The translations under genes were made by a program, and so were the position numbers. From a virus (Duplodnaviria; Caudoviricetes), in IMG/VR virus record IMGVR_UViG_3300020042_005216, positions 1 through 27,646 of that record: DNA of 27,646 nt; one strand, given 5' to 3'. The notes beneath the pieces are model-generated. The model was not told the DNA's origin and made no database searches. It saw only the letters and a program-made list of their open reading frames with translations. This document shows positions 1 to 9,040 of the stretch, piece by piece. How positions within the stretch are numbered: position 1 is the stretch's first letter; the number at the start of each line of letters is the position of its first letter.

Positions 1-297
1 CAAGTACTCTTGCAATAGCGTCTGGTGGTACAGGACAGACAACTGCTAATACTGCATTTAATGCTCTTGCACCTAGCCAAACAAGTAAAACAGGTAAATA
101 TCTTACAACAGATGGTACAAACACTTCATGGGCTACAGTAGCCTAGCGGTGGTGGACCAATTACACAAAACACAGATTCAATATCTGCTAATCAAACTAT
201 TGCGGCTGGCTCTAACGGATTCTCTGTTGGACCCATGACTATTCAGAGTGGATACTCTGTGAACATAGCTAGTGGACAACGCTGGGTTGTTATTTAA
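1..297 (+). CDS. 3' end of a tail fibre/virion protein gene (partial; interrupted by an apparent +1 frameshift at ~141-146)
   Basis: Frame 3 reads STLAIASGGTGQTTANTAFNALAPSQTSKTGKYLTTDGTNTSWATVA then TAG (144-146). Frame 1 from 145 continues SGGGPITQNTDSISANQTIAAGSNGFSVGPMTIQSGYSVNIASGQRWVVI-TAA (295-297), a typical phage fibre C-terminus. The RBS (AAGGAG) of the next gene follows. Confidence 0.7.
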
Positions 298-306
298 GGA
301 GAAAAT

Positions 307-1719
307 ATGAGTTCTATATCTTCAGGAACAACCACAACAACTGGTTATGTTGTTAGCTCGGATACAACGGGTGCGTTAGTTTTAAAGACAGGGTCTGCGG
401 CTACTACTGCGGTTACTATTGATACGAGTCAGAATGTAGGTATTGGTACGGGTTCGCCATCACAGGCTCTTGATGTAAGTGGAAATATCAATGTCAGTGG
501 CACAGGCACTTCTAGTTTTACAAGCACTGCAACCTCGCCAGTTCAAATTAACGGAACATCCATTCCTACTCTGACAATCAGAAACTCAACAACCTCTGTT
601 GAAACTCAAATTAGGTCAACAACAACTGAAGGGTTAATTAGAACAGCAACAGACCATCCTCTTGTTTTTGCAACTAATGCATCGGAACGGATGAGGCTCG
701 ACACCTCAGGCAATCTAGGCTTGGGAGTTACTCCGAGTGCTTGGAAAAGCACTTACAAAGCTATACAGTTTTCAAGTAGTAGTGCTGTGTATGGCGAAAC
801 TGGCAATACTTATGTAGGCAGTAATGTTTTTGTTAATAGCTCAGATAGCAATACATACATCACGACAAACTTTGCCTCAATGTATCGCCAAGTTGATGGC
901 AAGCATCTTTGGTACACAGCCGCATCAGGTTCGGCAGGGGCTAGTATTACTTTTACAAACCCGATGACTCTGACAGCAACAGGTCGACTTGGAATTGGAA
1001 CTACAGCACCTGCAACAACACTTGATTCTCGTGGAGATGCTTGTTTAGGAACAAATCTTTATTTAGGTGCAGACACAGTATTCCAAGAGCAACGCATAAC
1101 TGTTGTTGGTAGCACATCAGGTTCTACTGGTTTGTCATTTTCTGGCTATACAGGTGCGACTTATACAGAACGAGCCAGAATAGACTCTAGCGGTAACTTG
1201 CTGGTGGGGACTTCTAGCAACAACGGCAGATTATGTGTTCAAGGTTCAACTGCTAATTCAAGTGCAAATGCCCTTTATGTAACCAGTAGTTCAGGTAGTC
1301 AAATGTTTTTGGTTCGTAATGATGGTGCTTTAAGGTCAGAATCAACTTACTATATTACAACCGCTTCTGCTGGTAATTTAAATATTGATACCAGTGGCTA
1401 CATTGCTCGCTCAACTTCATCATTAAAATATAAAAACAATGTTCAAGATGCCACACATGGTCTTGCCAAAGTGTTGGCTTTACGCCCTGTTACTTACAAA
1501 GGTAACAACAATGGCGATACAGTTTTTGGCGGTTTAATTGCTGAAGAAGTACACGAAGCAGGGTTAACTGAGTTTGTTCAGTATGCAGAAGATGGAAGCC
1601 CAGACGCTTTGGCATACGGCAATATGGTTTCACTTGCATTTAAAGCAATCCAAGAACAACAAGCATTAATCCAGCAACTACAAGCTGACGTAGCAATCCT
1701 GAAAGGAGTTCAACAATGA
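307..1719 (+). CDS. tail fibre protein with GNVGIGT-type modules and C-terminal intramolecular chaperone (Peptidase S74-like)
   Basis: S/T/G-rich; repeated ERMRL/ERARI-xxxGNxGxG modules; C-terminal TSSLKYKNNV...LRPVTY...GLIAEEV...AIQEQQ coiled coil; AAGGAG RBS. Confidence 0.85.
   Translation: MSSISSGTTTTTGYVVSSDTTGALVLKTGSAATTAVTIDTSQNVGIGTGSPSQALDVSGNINVSGTGTSSFTSTATSPVQINGTSIPTLTIRNSTTSVETQIRSTTTEGLIRTATDHPLVFATNASERMRLDTSGNLGLGVTPSAWKSTYKAIQFSSSSAVYGETGNTYVGSNVFVNSSDSNTYITTNFASMYRQVDGKHLWYTAASGSAGASITFTNPMTLTATGRLGIGTTAPATTLDSRGDACLGTNLYLGADTVFQEQRITVVGSTSGSTGLSFSGYTGATYTERARIDSSGNLLVGTSSNNGRLCVQGSTANSSANALYVTSSSGSQMFLVRNDGALRSESTYYITTASAGNLNIDTSGYIARSTSSLKYKNNVQDATHGLAKVLALRPVTYKGNNNGDTVFGGLIAEEVHEAGLTEFVQYAEDGSPDALAYGNMVSLAFKAIQEQQALIQQLQADVAILKGVQQ
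705..741 (+). repeat. 37-bp exact direct repeat, copy 1 (ctcaggcaatctaggcttgggagttactccgagtgct)
   Basis: Identical to 2072-2108. Confidence 0.95.
1188..1212 (+). repeat. 25-bp exact direct repeat, copy 1 (tagcggtaacttgctggtggggact)
   Basis: Identical to 2606-2630. Confidence 0.95.
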
Positions 1720-3125
1720 GTATCATATTAGACGGTACAACGGGTATAACAACTCCTGACTTAACTGATTCTTCGTTGACATCAGGTCGGGTTGTCTATG
1801 CGGGTACTAGCGGGAATCTTACGGGGTCTTCTGCGTTTCAGTTTGATGGGGCTAATGTCATTATTAACGCAACTACTCCAGCGTACTTTACAGGCACTTC
1901 AAACCTTGCACAGATTTCTATAAATCGTTCACCCTCTACAGGAACAATATTTAACGCAAGTCAATCTGCGGCTTTTATGAATATTGATGGTGCAAGTGGT
2001 GGTAGTTCTTTTCAGTTTGCAACTGCATCTGCGGCTAACACACAACCATCAGAAAGAATGAGGCTTGATGGCTCAGGCAATCTAGGCTTGGGAGTTACTC
2101 CGAGTGCTCAATTTAGCGGTATTAAGTCTTTTCAAGTTGGTTCAACAACTAATCTGTTTGACAATGGTGCAAGTACAAAGTTTTATCACAATGCATATAC
2201 TGCCGCCTCTGGTGATGAAACATATTTAACAACTGGATATGCTCAAGGTTATTTGATGTCTAGCAATGGTCAGCATCAATGGTACATAGCCGCATCAGGC
2301 ACAGCAGGAAACACTTTCTCCTTTACTCAGCCGATGACTCTGGATGCAAGTGGCAATCTAGGTATTGGTACAACTTCGCCAACTACAAAGTTAACAATCT
2401 CTGGAACAAGTGCAATTATTACTACTAATGGAACTACTAACACTGGCGCAAGGGGATTAGATTTTGTTTATTCAGGTCAATCGTATGGTTCATTATTGAA
2501 TTACGCCGAAACAGGTGAAACAGCGTTGACTGCTGGATTTACAAGTTCATCTGGTTATTTTTTAACTTTTAAAACAGAAAATGTTGAGAGAGCAAGAATT
2601 ACAAATAGCGGTAACTTGCTGGTGGGGACTACGAGTCAAATTGGTTCAACAGCCTCTAGACAAGTAATTAAGTTTGACAATAATAATTTTTATGGTTTGG
2701 CTTTAGGTGGTTCTGCTTCTGGTGCGGCAGGAATGTTAAATTTCTACAATAGTGCTGGCACTGAACAAGGTTATATATCTACAACTGGTAGCGGTTCAAC
2801 AACCTATTCGACTTCTTCAGACTACAGGTTAAAAGAAAACATTGCACCAATGACAGGCGCATTGGCTAAAGTGGCGCAACTTAAACCTGTTACCTATACA
2901 TGGAAACAAGATGGTTCAAGTGGTCAAGGATTTATTGCCCATGAACTACAAGCCATTGTTCCTGATTGCGTAACAAGAGAAAAAGATGCAGTAGACGCTG
3001 AAGGTAATCCTAAGTACCAAGGTGTTGATACATCATTCCTAGTAGCCACACTCACAGCCGCCATCCAAGAACAACAAGCAATCATTGAATCACTCAAGGC
3101 ACGTTTGGATGCCGCTAATCTTTAA
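1716..3125 (+). CDS. tail fibre protein with C-terminal intramolecular chaperone (Peptidase S74-like)
   Basis: Paralogue of the upstream gene; SDYRLKENI...LKPVTYTW...GFIAHELQ...AIQEQQ; ATGA overlap with the previous gene. Confidence 0.88.
   Translation: MSIILDGTTGITTPDLTDSSLTSGRVVYAGTSGNLTGSSAFQFDGANVIINATTPAYFTGTSNLAQISINRSPSTGTIFNASQSAAFMNIDGASGGSSFQFATASAANTQPSERMRLDGSGNLGLGVTPSAQFSGIKSFQVGSTTNLFDNGASTKFYHNAYTAASGDETYLTTGYAQGYLMSSNGQHQWYIAASGTAGNTFSFTQPMTLDASGNLGIGTTSPTTKLTISGTSAIITTNGTTNTGARGLDFVYSGQSYGSLLNYAETGETALTAGFTSSSGYFLTFKTENVERARITNSGNLLVGTTSQIGSTASRQVIKFDNNNFYGLALGGSASGAAGMLNFYNSAGTEQGYISTTGSGSTTYSTSSDYRLKENIAPMTGALAKVAQLKPVTYTWKQDGSSGQGFIAHELQAIVPDCVTREKDAVDAEGNPKYQGVDTSFLVATLTAAIQEQQAIIESLKARLDAANL
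2072..2108 (+). repeat. 37-bp exact direct repeat, copy 2
   Basis: Identical to 705-741. Confidence 0.95.
2606..2630 (+). repeat. 25-bp exact direct repeat, copy 2
   Basis: Identical to 1188-1212. Confidence 0.95.
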
Positions 3126-3140
3126 ACTGAAAGGTAAATC

Positions 3141-3437
3141 ATGACTACGACTACAACTTGGACAATCGAAACACTAGACCGTGAGACATCTAACGGTTTT
3201 GTAACAACAGCTCACTGGCGAGCTACAGCGGTAGACGGTGAATATACATCATCTATCTACTCAACATGCTCATGGGCAGACGGTACCCCAGAAATCCCCT
3301 ATGCTGATCTCACACAAGAAATAGTCCTAGGATGGGTCTGGGAGAATGGCGTTGATAAAGAAGCAACAGAAACAGCATTGGCTGCTAACATTGAACTACA
3401 GAAAAACCCTGTAACAGCAACTGGTACGCCTTGGTAA
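3141..3437 (+). CDS. small acidic tail-fibre-associated protein
   Basis: 98 aa; AAGGT RBS; W-rich pattern (TWTI...AHWR...YADLT...VLGWV...PW) of a type often seen after S74 fibres in aquatic phages; function inferred from context. Confidence 0.6.
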   Translation: MTTTTTWTIETLDRETSNGFVTTAHWRATAVDGEYTSSIYSTCSWADGTPEIPYADLTQEIVLGWVWENGVDKEATETALAANIELQKNPVTATGTPW

Positions 3438-3459
3438 TAAAACATATGGAGGAGTTTAA

Positions 3460-4764
3460 ATGGCTTCAATATTAAATGCCGATGATGGCGTGGTCAGCGG
3501 AAGTGCTGGCTTAAAAAGTAATGCAGATTCCTCCGGTGTTTTGGCATTGCAGACTAATGGGACTACTGCGGTTACTGTAAATGCTTCACAGAATGTAACT
3601 CTTGTTGGTAGTTTAACTGCCGCAGGATTATCAGGACCACATAACGGAACTGTAGGTGCTACTACTCCTGCGGCTGGTGCGTTTACTACGCTTAGTGCAA
3701 GTGGTGCAACTACTCTTTCAGCGCAACTTACAGCATCTACTGGTGATACGTCATACCCAATAATAAGCAAAGACACTAGCGCATTTAGTGCAGGTGTTTC
3801 TGGCTCAAAGATAGGTTTTTTTGGATTAGATTCAACATCAACAAACACTGCACTTGGCGCAATTAGCACACTTGCGCAAGCAAGTCAAGATGCTACATTG
3901 CGTGTGCAAGTTTTAAACAGTGGCTCTTTAGCAACTATCGGCACATTCTCCACAACAGGGTTGGGTATTGGTACAAGTTCGCTTTTCACAACAGCCGCAA
4001 ATAGGGGCAATATCAGTCTTAATGGTACAACAGATGCAATTTTTGCAATCGGTACTGGTGGCACAAGGCGAGGATACATTTATGCTGATTCTACACATAT
4101 TGAAGTAGTTGCTGATGGGTATATGGCTTTAGCCGCTGGTGGGGCAGAACGAGCCAGAATCACAAGCGCAGGTGATGTAGGTATTGGTACAAGTTCACCC
4201 GGTGCAAGATTGCAAGTTGTAAGTAATGTGACCTCTTCTTATGGTATGATTATTTACAACCAGAACGCAACAGGACAAGGATTAACAATTCGTGCTGGCT
4301 CAACATCAAGCCAAGATGCATTTAATTGTCAAACATACGATGGTGGTATAAGTTTATTTGCAGTCCAAAGTGGTGGCAATGTAGGTATTGGTACAAGTTC
4401 GCCTACAAGCAAATTAGATGTTGCTGGCATCATCTCAGACTCAAACGGCAACGTGCGTAAAGTCCCTCAATCAGGTTCTTCAAAGACATCCTCATATACC
4501 CTTGCTACAACAGATGTCGGTGAGTACATCTTGCTTGGTGCAAGTGGTGCAATTGTTATTCCTGATGCTACTTTTGCGGCTGGTGACATTGTCACTATCT
4601 TTAACAACACTGCTAGCACCGCAACAATTACTTGTTCAATTACAACAGCATACATTGCAGGAACATTTACTGATAAAGCTACAATGACTCTGGCTGCAGC
4701 AGGTGTTGCAACTGTATTATTTATTACCAGCACTCTATGTGTTGTTTCAGGGAATGTGACTTAA
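3460..4764 (+). CDS. tail fibre protein (GNVGIGT modules, no S74 end)
   Basis: GGAGGAG RBS; N-terminus similar to the 307 gene (SGxLxLxTxxxTTAVTxxxSQNV); GATTPAAGAFTTLSASG; three GxGIGTSS modules. Confidence 0.8.
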   Translation: MASILNADDGVVSGSAGLKSNADSSGVLALQTNGTTAVTVNASQNVTLVGSLTAAGLSGPHNGTVGATTPAAGAFTTLSASGATTLSAQLTASTGDTSYPIISKDTSAFSAGVSGSKIGFFGLDSTSTNTALGAISTLAQASQDATLRVQVLNSGSLATIGTFSTTGLGIGTSSLFTTAANRGNISLNGTTDAIFAIGTGGTRRGYIYADSTHIEVVADGYMALAAGGAERARITSAGDVGIGTSSPGARLQVVSNVTSSYGMIIYNQNATGQGLTIRAGSTSSQDAFNCQTYDGGISLFAVQSGGNVGIGTSSPTSKLDVAGIISDSNGNVRKVPQSGSSKTSSYTLATTDVGEYILLGASGAIVIPDATFAAGDIVTIFNNTASTATITCSITTAYIAGTFTDKATMTLAAAGVATVLFITSTLCVVSGNVT

Positions 4765-4765
4765 T

Positions 4766-6772
4766 ATGAGTTCATCACAATTATTATTAATGGGAGAAGG
4801 TGCTGGTGGTGCGGCACCTAATTATATTGAGGATGTGTTCAGCACATACCTTTATACAGGTACAGGTTCAGCATTAACTATTAACAATGGCATTGATTTG
4901 TCTACTAAAGGTGGATTGACTTGGATTAAAAGTCGCTCTGCTGTTAATGCCCATGCGCTATATGACACAGCACGAGGTGCAACTTTTGATTTGGTATCAA
5001 ACACTACAGCGGCACAAACTACACAAGCTACTGGTTTAACTGCATTTGGTTCTACTGGTTTTTCTATTGGGACTTTATCAAAGCTAAACACTCTGGATTC
5101 TACATACGCATCATGGACATTCCGCAAGCAACCAAAGTTCTTTGATGTTGTGACTTATACAGGTACAGGTTCTGCAAGAACTGTTGCCCATAGCTTAGGC
5201 TCTGCACCCGGCTGCGTTATTGTTAAACGTACAGATTCTGCAAATGATTGGATTGTTTGGCACAGGTCTGGAACACAAAATAACAATCAAGCTGCAATTT
5301 TAAACGCTACTGATTCATATTCAACTATTGGTATTGGATTGTGGGGGTCTAGTGGTGGTACGCCAGACATGAATTCTTCAACCATTTCCATTGGCGGAAA
5401 TACTAATGTAAATGCGGGTGGCGGTACTTTTGTAGCCTACGTCTTTGCCCATGACGCAGGAGGCTTTGGCTTAACTGGTACAGACAATGTAATTTCGTGT
5501 GGAACATACACAGGCAATGGTTCTACTACTGGCCCAAGTGTCACGCTTGGTTATGAGCCTCAGTGGGTGATGATTAAGAACAGATCAAACACTGGTAATT
5601 GGTTAATACAGGATGTTATGCGTGGTATGCCATTGAATCCAAGCACAATGACCTTATTTGCAAATCTTAGTAATGCAGAAACTTCTGCTGGGATTTCTCG
5701 AGTTCAGCCTACGGCAACAGGGTTTCAAATTGCAAACACCGCCACAGCCGATTTAAACGCCTCTGGCAATACCTACATCTACATAGCCATTCGCAGAGAC
5801 CCGATGAAAGTGCCTACGAGTGGAACAAGTGTGTTTGGTGCTGAAACTTGGGCTGGCACTGGTACTTCTCCTCGTACATTTACAAGCGCAAATTGGACAT
5901 TTCCCGCAGACTTAGTAACTATTAAGTCTACAAGTAGTGCAACTTGGTCGAATACTTGGGGAACTCGTTTAACTGGTAGTGGTACTGTAGTCACTAATAC
6001 TACTAATGCAGAACTTACATCGTCCACAAGTATTGCAGGATATGTTTCTAGTTTCAATCAAACTGGGTATACAACTACTGCTGGAACAACTAGTAACTCC
6101 AATTATAACAACTCAAGCGCAAGCTACGTTAGCTACAACTTGAGGAGAGCGCCATCCTTTATGGATATTGTTTGCTATACAGGAAATTCAACTAGTGCAA
6201 GAACTGTAAATCACAACCTTACTGTCTCTCCTGAGTTAATGATTGTCAAGTGTAGAACTAGCGCAATCACCCCAGCTTGGATTGTATATGCCGCATCCGA
6301 AGGCACTACAAAATTTGGTGAGTTAAATAGCAATAACGCTTTTTCTACTAGTACTTCTTATTGGAGTAACACAAGTCCGACTTCTTCTGTGTTTACTCTT
6401 TCAAATAATCAGGGTGTAAATAGGACAGGAGACAATTACATTGCTTATTTATTTGCAACTTGTGCAGGTGTTTCTAAAGTAGGCTCATACACAGGCAACG
6501 GCACAACACAAACAATTGATTGTGGATTTACAGCAGGTGCAAGATTTGTTCTTATTAAACGTACTACTGCAATTAGTAATTGGTATTATTATGATTCTGT
6601 TCGTGGCATGACAGTATTAACAGACCCGTATTTGCTTTTTAACTCCACTGCGGCTCAAGTTGCTACTCTTGGTTCTGTAACAACAGTATCAACAGGTTTT
6701 GCATTAGACTCCACCATTTTATCTGTCATCAATATTTCTGGTGAAACATACATCTTTTTGGCTATCGCATAA
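4766..6772 (+). CDS. virion structural/fibre protein with repeated YTGxG...P..V.IK beta modules
   Basis: About six ~110-aa repeats starting YTGTG/YTGNG/WAGTG; S/T-rich. Confidence 0.7.
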   Translation: MSSSQLLLMGEGAGGAAPNYIEDVFSTYLYTGTGSALTINNGIDLSTKGGLTWIKSRSAVNAHALYDTARGATFDLVSNTTAAQTTQATGLTAFGSTGFSIGTLSKLNTLDSTYASWTFRKQPKFFDVVTYTGTGSARTVAHSLGSAPGCVIVKRTDSANDWIVWHRSGTQNNNQAAILNATDSYSTIGIGLWGSSGGTPDMNSSTISIGGNTNVNAGGGTFVAYVFAHDAGGFGLTGTDNVISCGTYTGNGSTTGPSVTLGYEPQWVMIKNRSNTGNWLIQDVMRGMPLNPSTMTLFANLSNAETSAGISRVQPTATGFQIANTATADLNASGNTYIYIAIRRDPMKVPTSGTSVFGAETWAGTGTSPRTFTSANWTFPADLVTIKSTSSATWSNTWGTRLTGSGTVVTNTTNAELTSSTSIAGYVSSFNQTGYTTTAGTTSNSNYNNSSASYVSYNLRRAPSFMDIVCYTGNSTSARTVNHNLTVSPELMIVKCRTSAITPAWIVYAASEGTTKFGELNSNNAFSTSTSYWSNTSPTSSVFTLSNNQGVNRTGDNYIAYLFATCAGVSKVGSYTGNGTTQTIDCGFTAGARFVLIKRTTAISNWYYYDSVRGMTVLTDPYLLFNSTAAQVATLGSVTTVSTGFALDSTILSVINISGETYIFLAIA

Positions 6773-6781
6773 GGAACAATC

Positions 6782-7255
6782 ATGCAAATTAGAATTAGAG
6801 AAACAGGACAAGTTCTCTTACAACACGAATGGGAAAAATGGGTTGCAATGACTTATGTTAAATCACTCAGTGGTATTACAGAAGAAGTTGTTAACAGATT
6901 TGACTCAGACATTGTATTTGAAGGTCCACAAGCATCTGGGGGTACTGTATACCAGTATTCTCAACGTGATGGTGTAGAACAAGTAGAAAGTAAATGGTAT
7001 ACTAAATATATATTAGGTCCAGTGTTTACAGGCAATACTGCTGTTGAAGACGAAACTGCTTACAAAGTAATTAAAGATGCTGAACAAGCTAAGAATGTTC
7101 GTGATACAAGAAACAATATGCTAGCTGACACTGACTGGAGATTCCGCAGTGATATGACACCCTCACAAAGCTGGAAAGATTATTGCCAAGCATTAAGAGA
7201 CGTTCCTACTCAGGAAGGTTTTCCTTGGACAATCAACTGGCCAACCCAACCTTAA
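6782..7255 (+). CDS. phage tail/fibre assembly chaperone-like protein
   Basis: C-terminal RDTRNNMLADTDW...WKDYCQALRDVPTQEGFPWTINWP motif typical of tail assembly chaperones; AAGGA RBS. Confidence 0.75.
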   Translation: MQIRIRETGQVLLQHEWEKWVAMTYVKSLSGITEEVVNRFDSDIVFEGPQASGGTVYQYSQRDGVEQVESKWYTKYILGPVFTGNTAVEDETAYKVIKDAEQAKNVRDTRNNMLADTDWRFRSDMTPSQSWKDYCQALRDVPTQEGFPWTINWPTQP

Positions 7256-7267
7256 AGGAAAATAATC

Positions 7268-7504
7268 ATGGGAAAAAATGAAAAGACCCCCGTTACTATT
7301 GATGGTATTGAATATAAATTTGAAGACATGACACCTCAGCAACAACTGCTGTTGAATCATGTTGCAGATTTAGATCGTAAACTTGAGTCAGCACGATTCA
7401 ATGTTGATCAACTCCAAGTTGGTCGTGAAGCATTCTTTGGTTTGCTTAAAACAGAACTAGAAAAGAAACCTGACGACATTCAGGATGCAATAATTAAGGA
7501 ATAA
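7268..7504 (+). CDS. small hypothetical coiled-coil protein
   Basis: 78 aa; AAGGA RBS; VTIDGIEY...helical. Confidence 0.65.
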   Translation: MGKNEKTPVTIDGIEYKFEDMTPQQQLLLNHVADLDRKLESARFNVDQLQVGREAFFGLLKTELEKKPDDIQDAIIKE

Positions 7505-7507
7505 TAA

Positions 7508-7756
7508 ATGCTCAACATCACTCAAGAACAAGAATTAGAAGTAACCCACACGCAAATATATGAACGACTTCTAGCAGTAGAAGTCAAAGTAGATAAACTA
7601 GACAAGAATACCGAAGAAGTAGTTCAAGCTTTTAATGCGGCTCAAGGTGCATTCATTGTGCTTGAGTGGATTGCTAGAGCAGTTAAACCAATAATTATTG
7701 TTGGTGCTTTCTTTGGTGCTGTATGGCTAGTAATAGAAAACAAATTGCATAAGTAA
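7508..7756 (+). CDS. small membrane protein (coiled coil plus C-terminal TM; holin/haemolysin-like candidate)
   Basis: RLLAVEVKVDKLD heptads, then hydrophobic PIIIVGAFFGAVWLVI; AAGGA RBS. Confidence 0.6.
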   Translation: MLNITQEQELEVTHTQIYERLLAVEVKVDKLDKNTEEVVQAFNAAQGAFIVLEWIARAVKPIIIVGAFFGAVWLVIENKLHK

Positions 7757-7899
7757 TGTTTGTTTCTGCTATCAGTTTAATTATAGCACTTAATCTACCT
7801 ATTAAAGAAGAATACAGATGTATTAGATGGTCTTGGTCAGGTGATGTATACAATAGAAGAGTTGTTTGTTTAGAATGGAAAAGGAAAGATAAGAAATGA
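7756..7899 (+). CDS. 47-aa hypothetical protein missing from the ORF track (hydrophobic N-terminus, two Cys, basic tail)
   Basis: MFVSAISLIIALNLPIKEEYRCIRWSWSGDVYNRRVVCLEWKRKDKK; TAATG overlap upstream and ATGA overlap downstream fill the gap exactly. Confidence 0.7.
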   Translation: MFVSAISLIIALNLPIKEEYRCIRWSWSGDVYNRRVVCLEWKRKDKK

Positions 7900-8393
7900 T
7901 TGATCCTCTAACAGCCCTAGCGGGTATACAGTCAGCAATTAACATGGTTAAGAAAGCTAGTAAAGTAGCTAATGACCTTGGTTCTCTTGCACCTATGATT
8001 GGCAAAATGTTTGATGCTAAAAGTGTAGCTACAAAAGCTATGCTTCAAGCTAAACAGTCTAGTAAGGGTTCCAACATGGGAACTGCATTACAGATTGAAA
8101 TGGCTCTTGACCAAGCTAAAGCCTTTGAAGAAGAGCTTAAGATGTTGTTTATGCAGACAGGTAAGATTGATGTTTGGAATAAAATTAAAGCTAGACAAGC
8201 AGAAATGGATTTAGCTGATGCTAAAGAAATAAGTGCTTTAAAGAAAGCAGAAAAGAAAGCTAAAGAAAAAGAACAAGAGATGAATGAAATAGCCATGATT
8301 GTTGGTGGTGTATTCTTTGTTTTATTCTTAGTGTTTGTTGGTGTAAATGAGCTGGTTAATTTTTGTGCAACTACACACAGGTGTGGTAGATGA
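7896..8393 (+). CDS. coiled-coil protein with C-terminal transmembrane helix
   Basis: 165 aa helical; IAMIVGGVFFVLFLVFVGV TM; ends CATTHRCGR. Confidence 0.75.
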   Translation: MIDPLTALAGIQSAINMVKKASKVANDLGSLAPMIGKMFDAKSVATKAMLQAKQSSKGSNMGTALQIEMALDQAKAFEEELKMLFMQTGKIDVWNKIKARQAEMDLADAKEISALKKAEKKAKEKEQEMNEIAMIVGGVFFVLFLVFVGVNELVNFCATTHRCGR

Positions 8394-8539
8394 ATGAGTA
8401 TCAGAAGACATTTGATTTAGCCTTGAAGATATTTGTTTATGGCTGTGTAGCTTTGTACTTTTTAGGTTTCCTTAAGTTTCTCCCTGATGATCTTTCTAAT
8501 AAGATTGTTTCTTTATTGTTAAGTAAAATAGGATTATAA
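8390..8539 (+). CDS. 49-aa membrane peptide missing from the ORF track
   Basis: MNEYQKTFDLALKIFVYGCVALYFLGFLKFLPDDLSNKIVSLLLSKIGL; ATGA overlap upstream, stop 3 nt before the next ATG. Confidence 0.7.
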   Translation: MNEYQKTFDLALKIFVYGCVALYFLGFLKFLPDDLSNKIVSLLLSKIGL

Positions 8540-8542
8540 TAT

Positions 8543-9040
8543 ATGTTAGATATTTTAAGTGGTGGTATTCTGGGATCAGTGTTTGGCGGTCTATTTCGAC
8601 TAGCCCCTGAAGTCCTCAAGTGGTTAGATAAGAAGAATGAACGTTCACATGAACTTAATATGTTTAAGTTTCAGTGTGATCTTGAAGCTCAACGTGGTGT
8701 ACAAAAACTAGCTGAGATTGGTGCTCAACGTGAAGCCGCTATTGATGTCGGTGTTATGGGTGCTTTCCAGTCTGCTATTGAACAACAAACAGCAATGGTT
8801 AAAGCCGCTGGTGGTGGATGGGTAGCCGCATTATCAGCTTCAGTACGGCCTGTAGTGACATACTGGATCTTAATCCTGTGGTCATTTATTCATATCTGGT
8901 TAGCCTATAATTCATGGATTAGCGGTATGCCTCCAGTAGAAGTATTTAAAGTAATGATGTCAGCAGACTTTGCGGCTCTTGTTTCTGGTACTCTTAACTA
9001 CTGGTTTCTTGACAGAACACTCAGCAAGCGTGGACTATGA
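8543..9040 (+). CDS. holin-like membrane protein (3TM holin-like)
   Basis: WVAALSASVRPVVTY...TM...YWFLDRTLSK pattern; directly upstream of and overlapping the endolysin. Confidence 0.7.
   Translation: MLDILSGGILGSVFGGLFRLAPEVLKWLDKKNERSHELNMFKFQCDLEAQRGVQKLAEIGAQREAAIDVGVMGAFQSAIEQQTAMVKAAGGGWVAALSASVRPVVTYWILILWSFIHIWLAYNSWISGMPPVEVFKVMMSADFAALVSGTLNYWFLDRTLSKRGL

Noticed and set aside
144-146. Amber stop recoding (alternative genetic code)
   Set aside because: Read-through of this TAG gives only a short non-fibre peptide before TAA. All long genes are open in the standard code, and no suppressor tRNA is seen.
403-4400. Repeats as a CRISPR array, DGR TR/VR pair or shufflon
   Set aside because: Repeats are in-frame, irregularly spaced and direct. 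There is no cas, reverse transcriptase or invertase gene in the window, and no adenine-only mismatch pair.
3456-6057. Antisense and alternate-frame ORFs (3456-3869, 3885-4079, 4418-4687, 4467-4733, 4852-5127, 5779-6057)
   Set aside because: Shadows of S/T/G/A-rich fibre genes with biased codon usage; no RBS or plausible domain.
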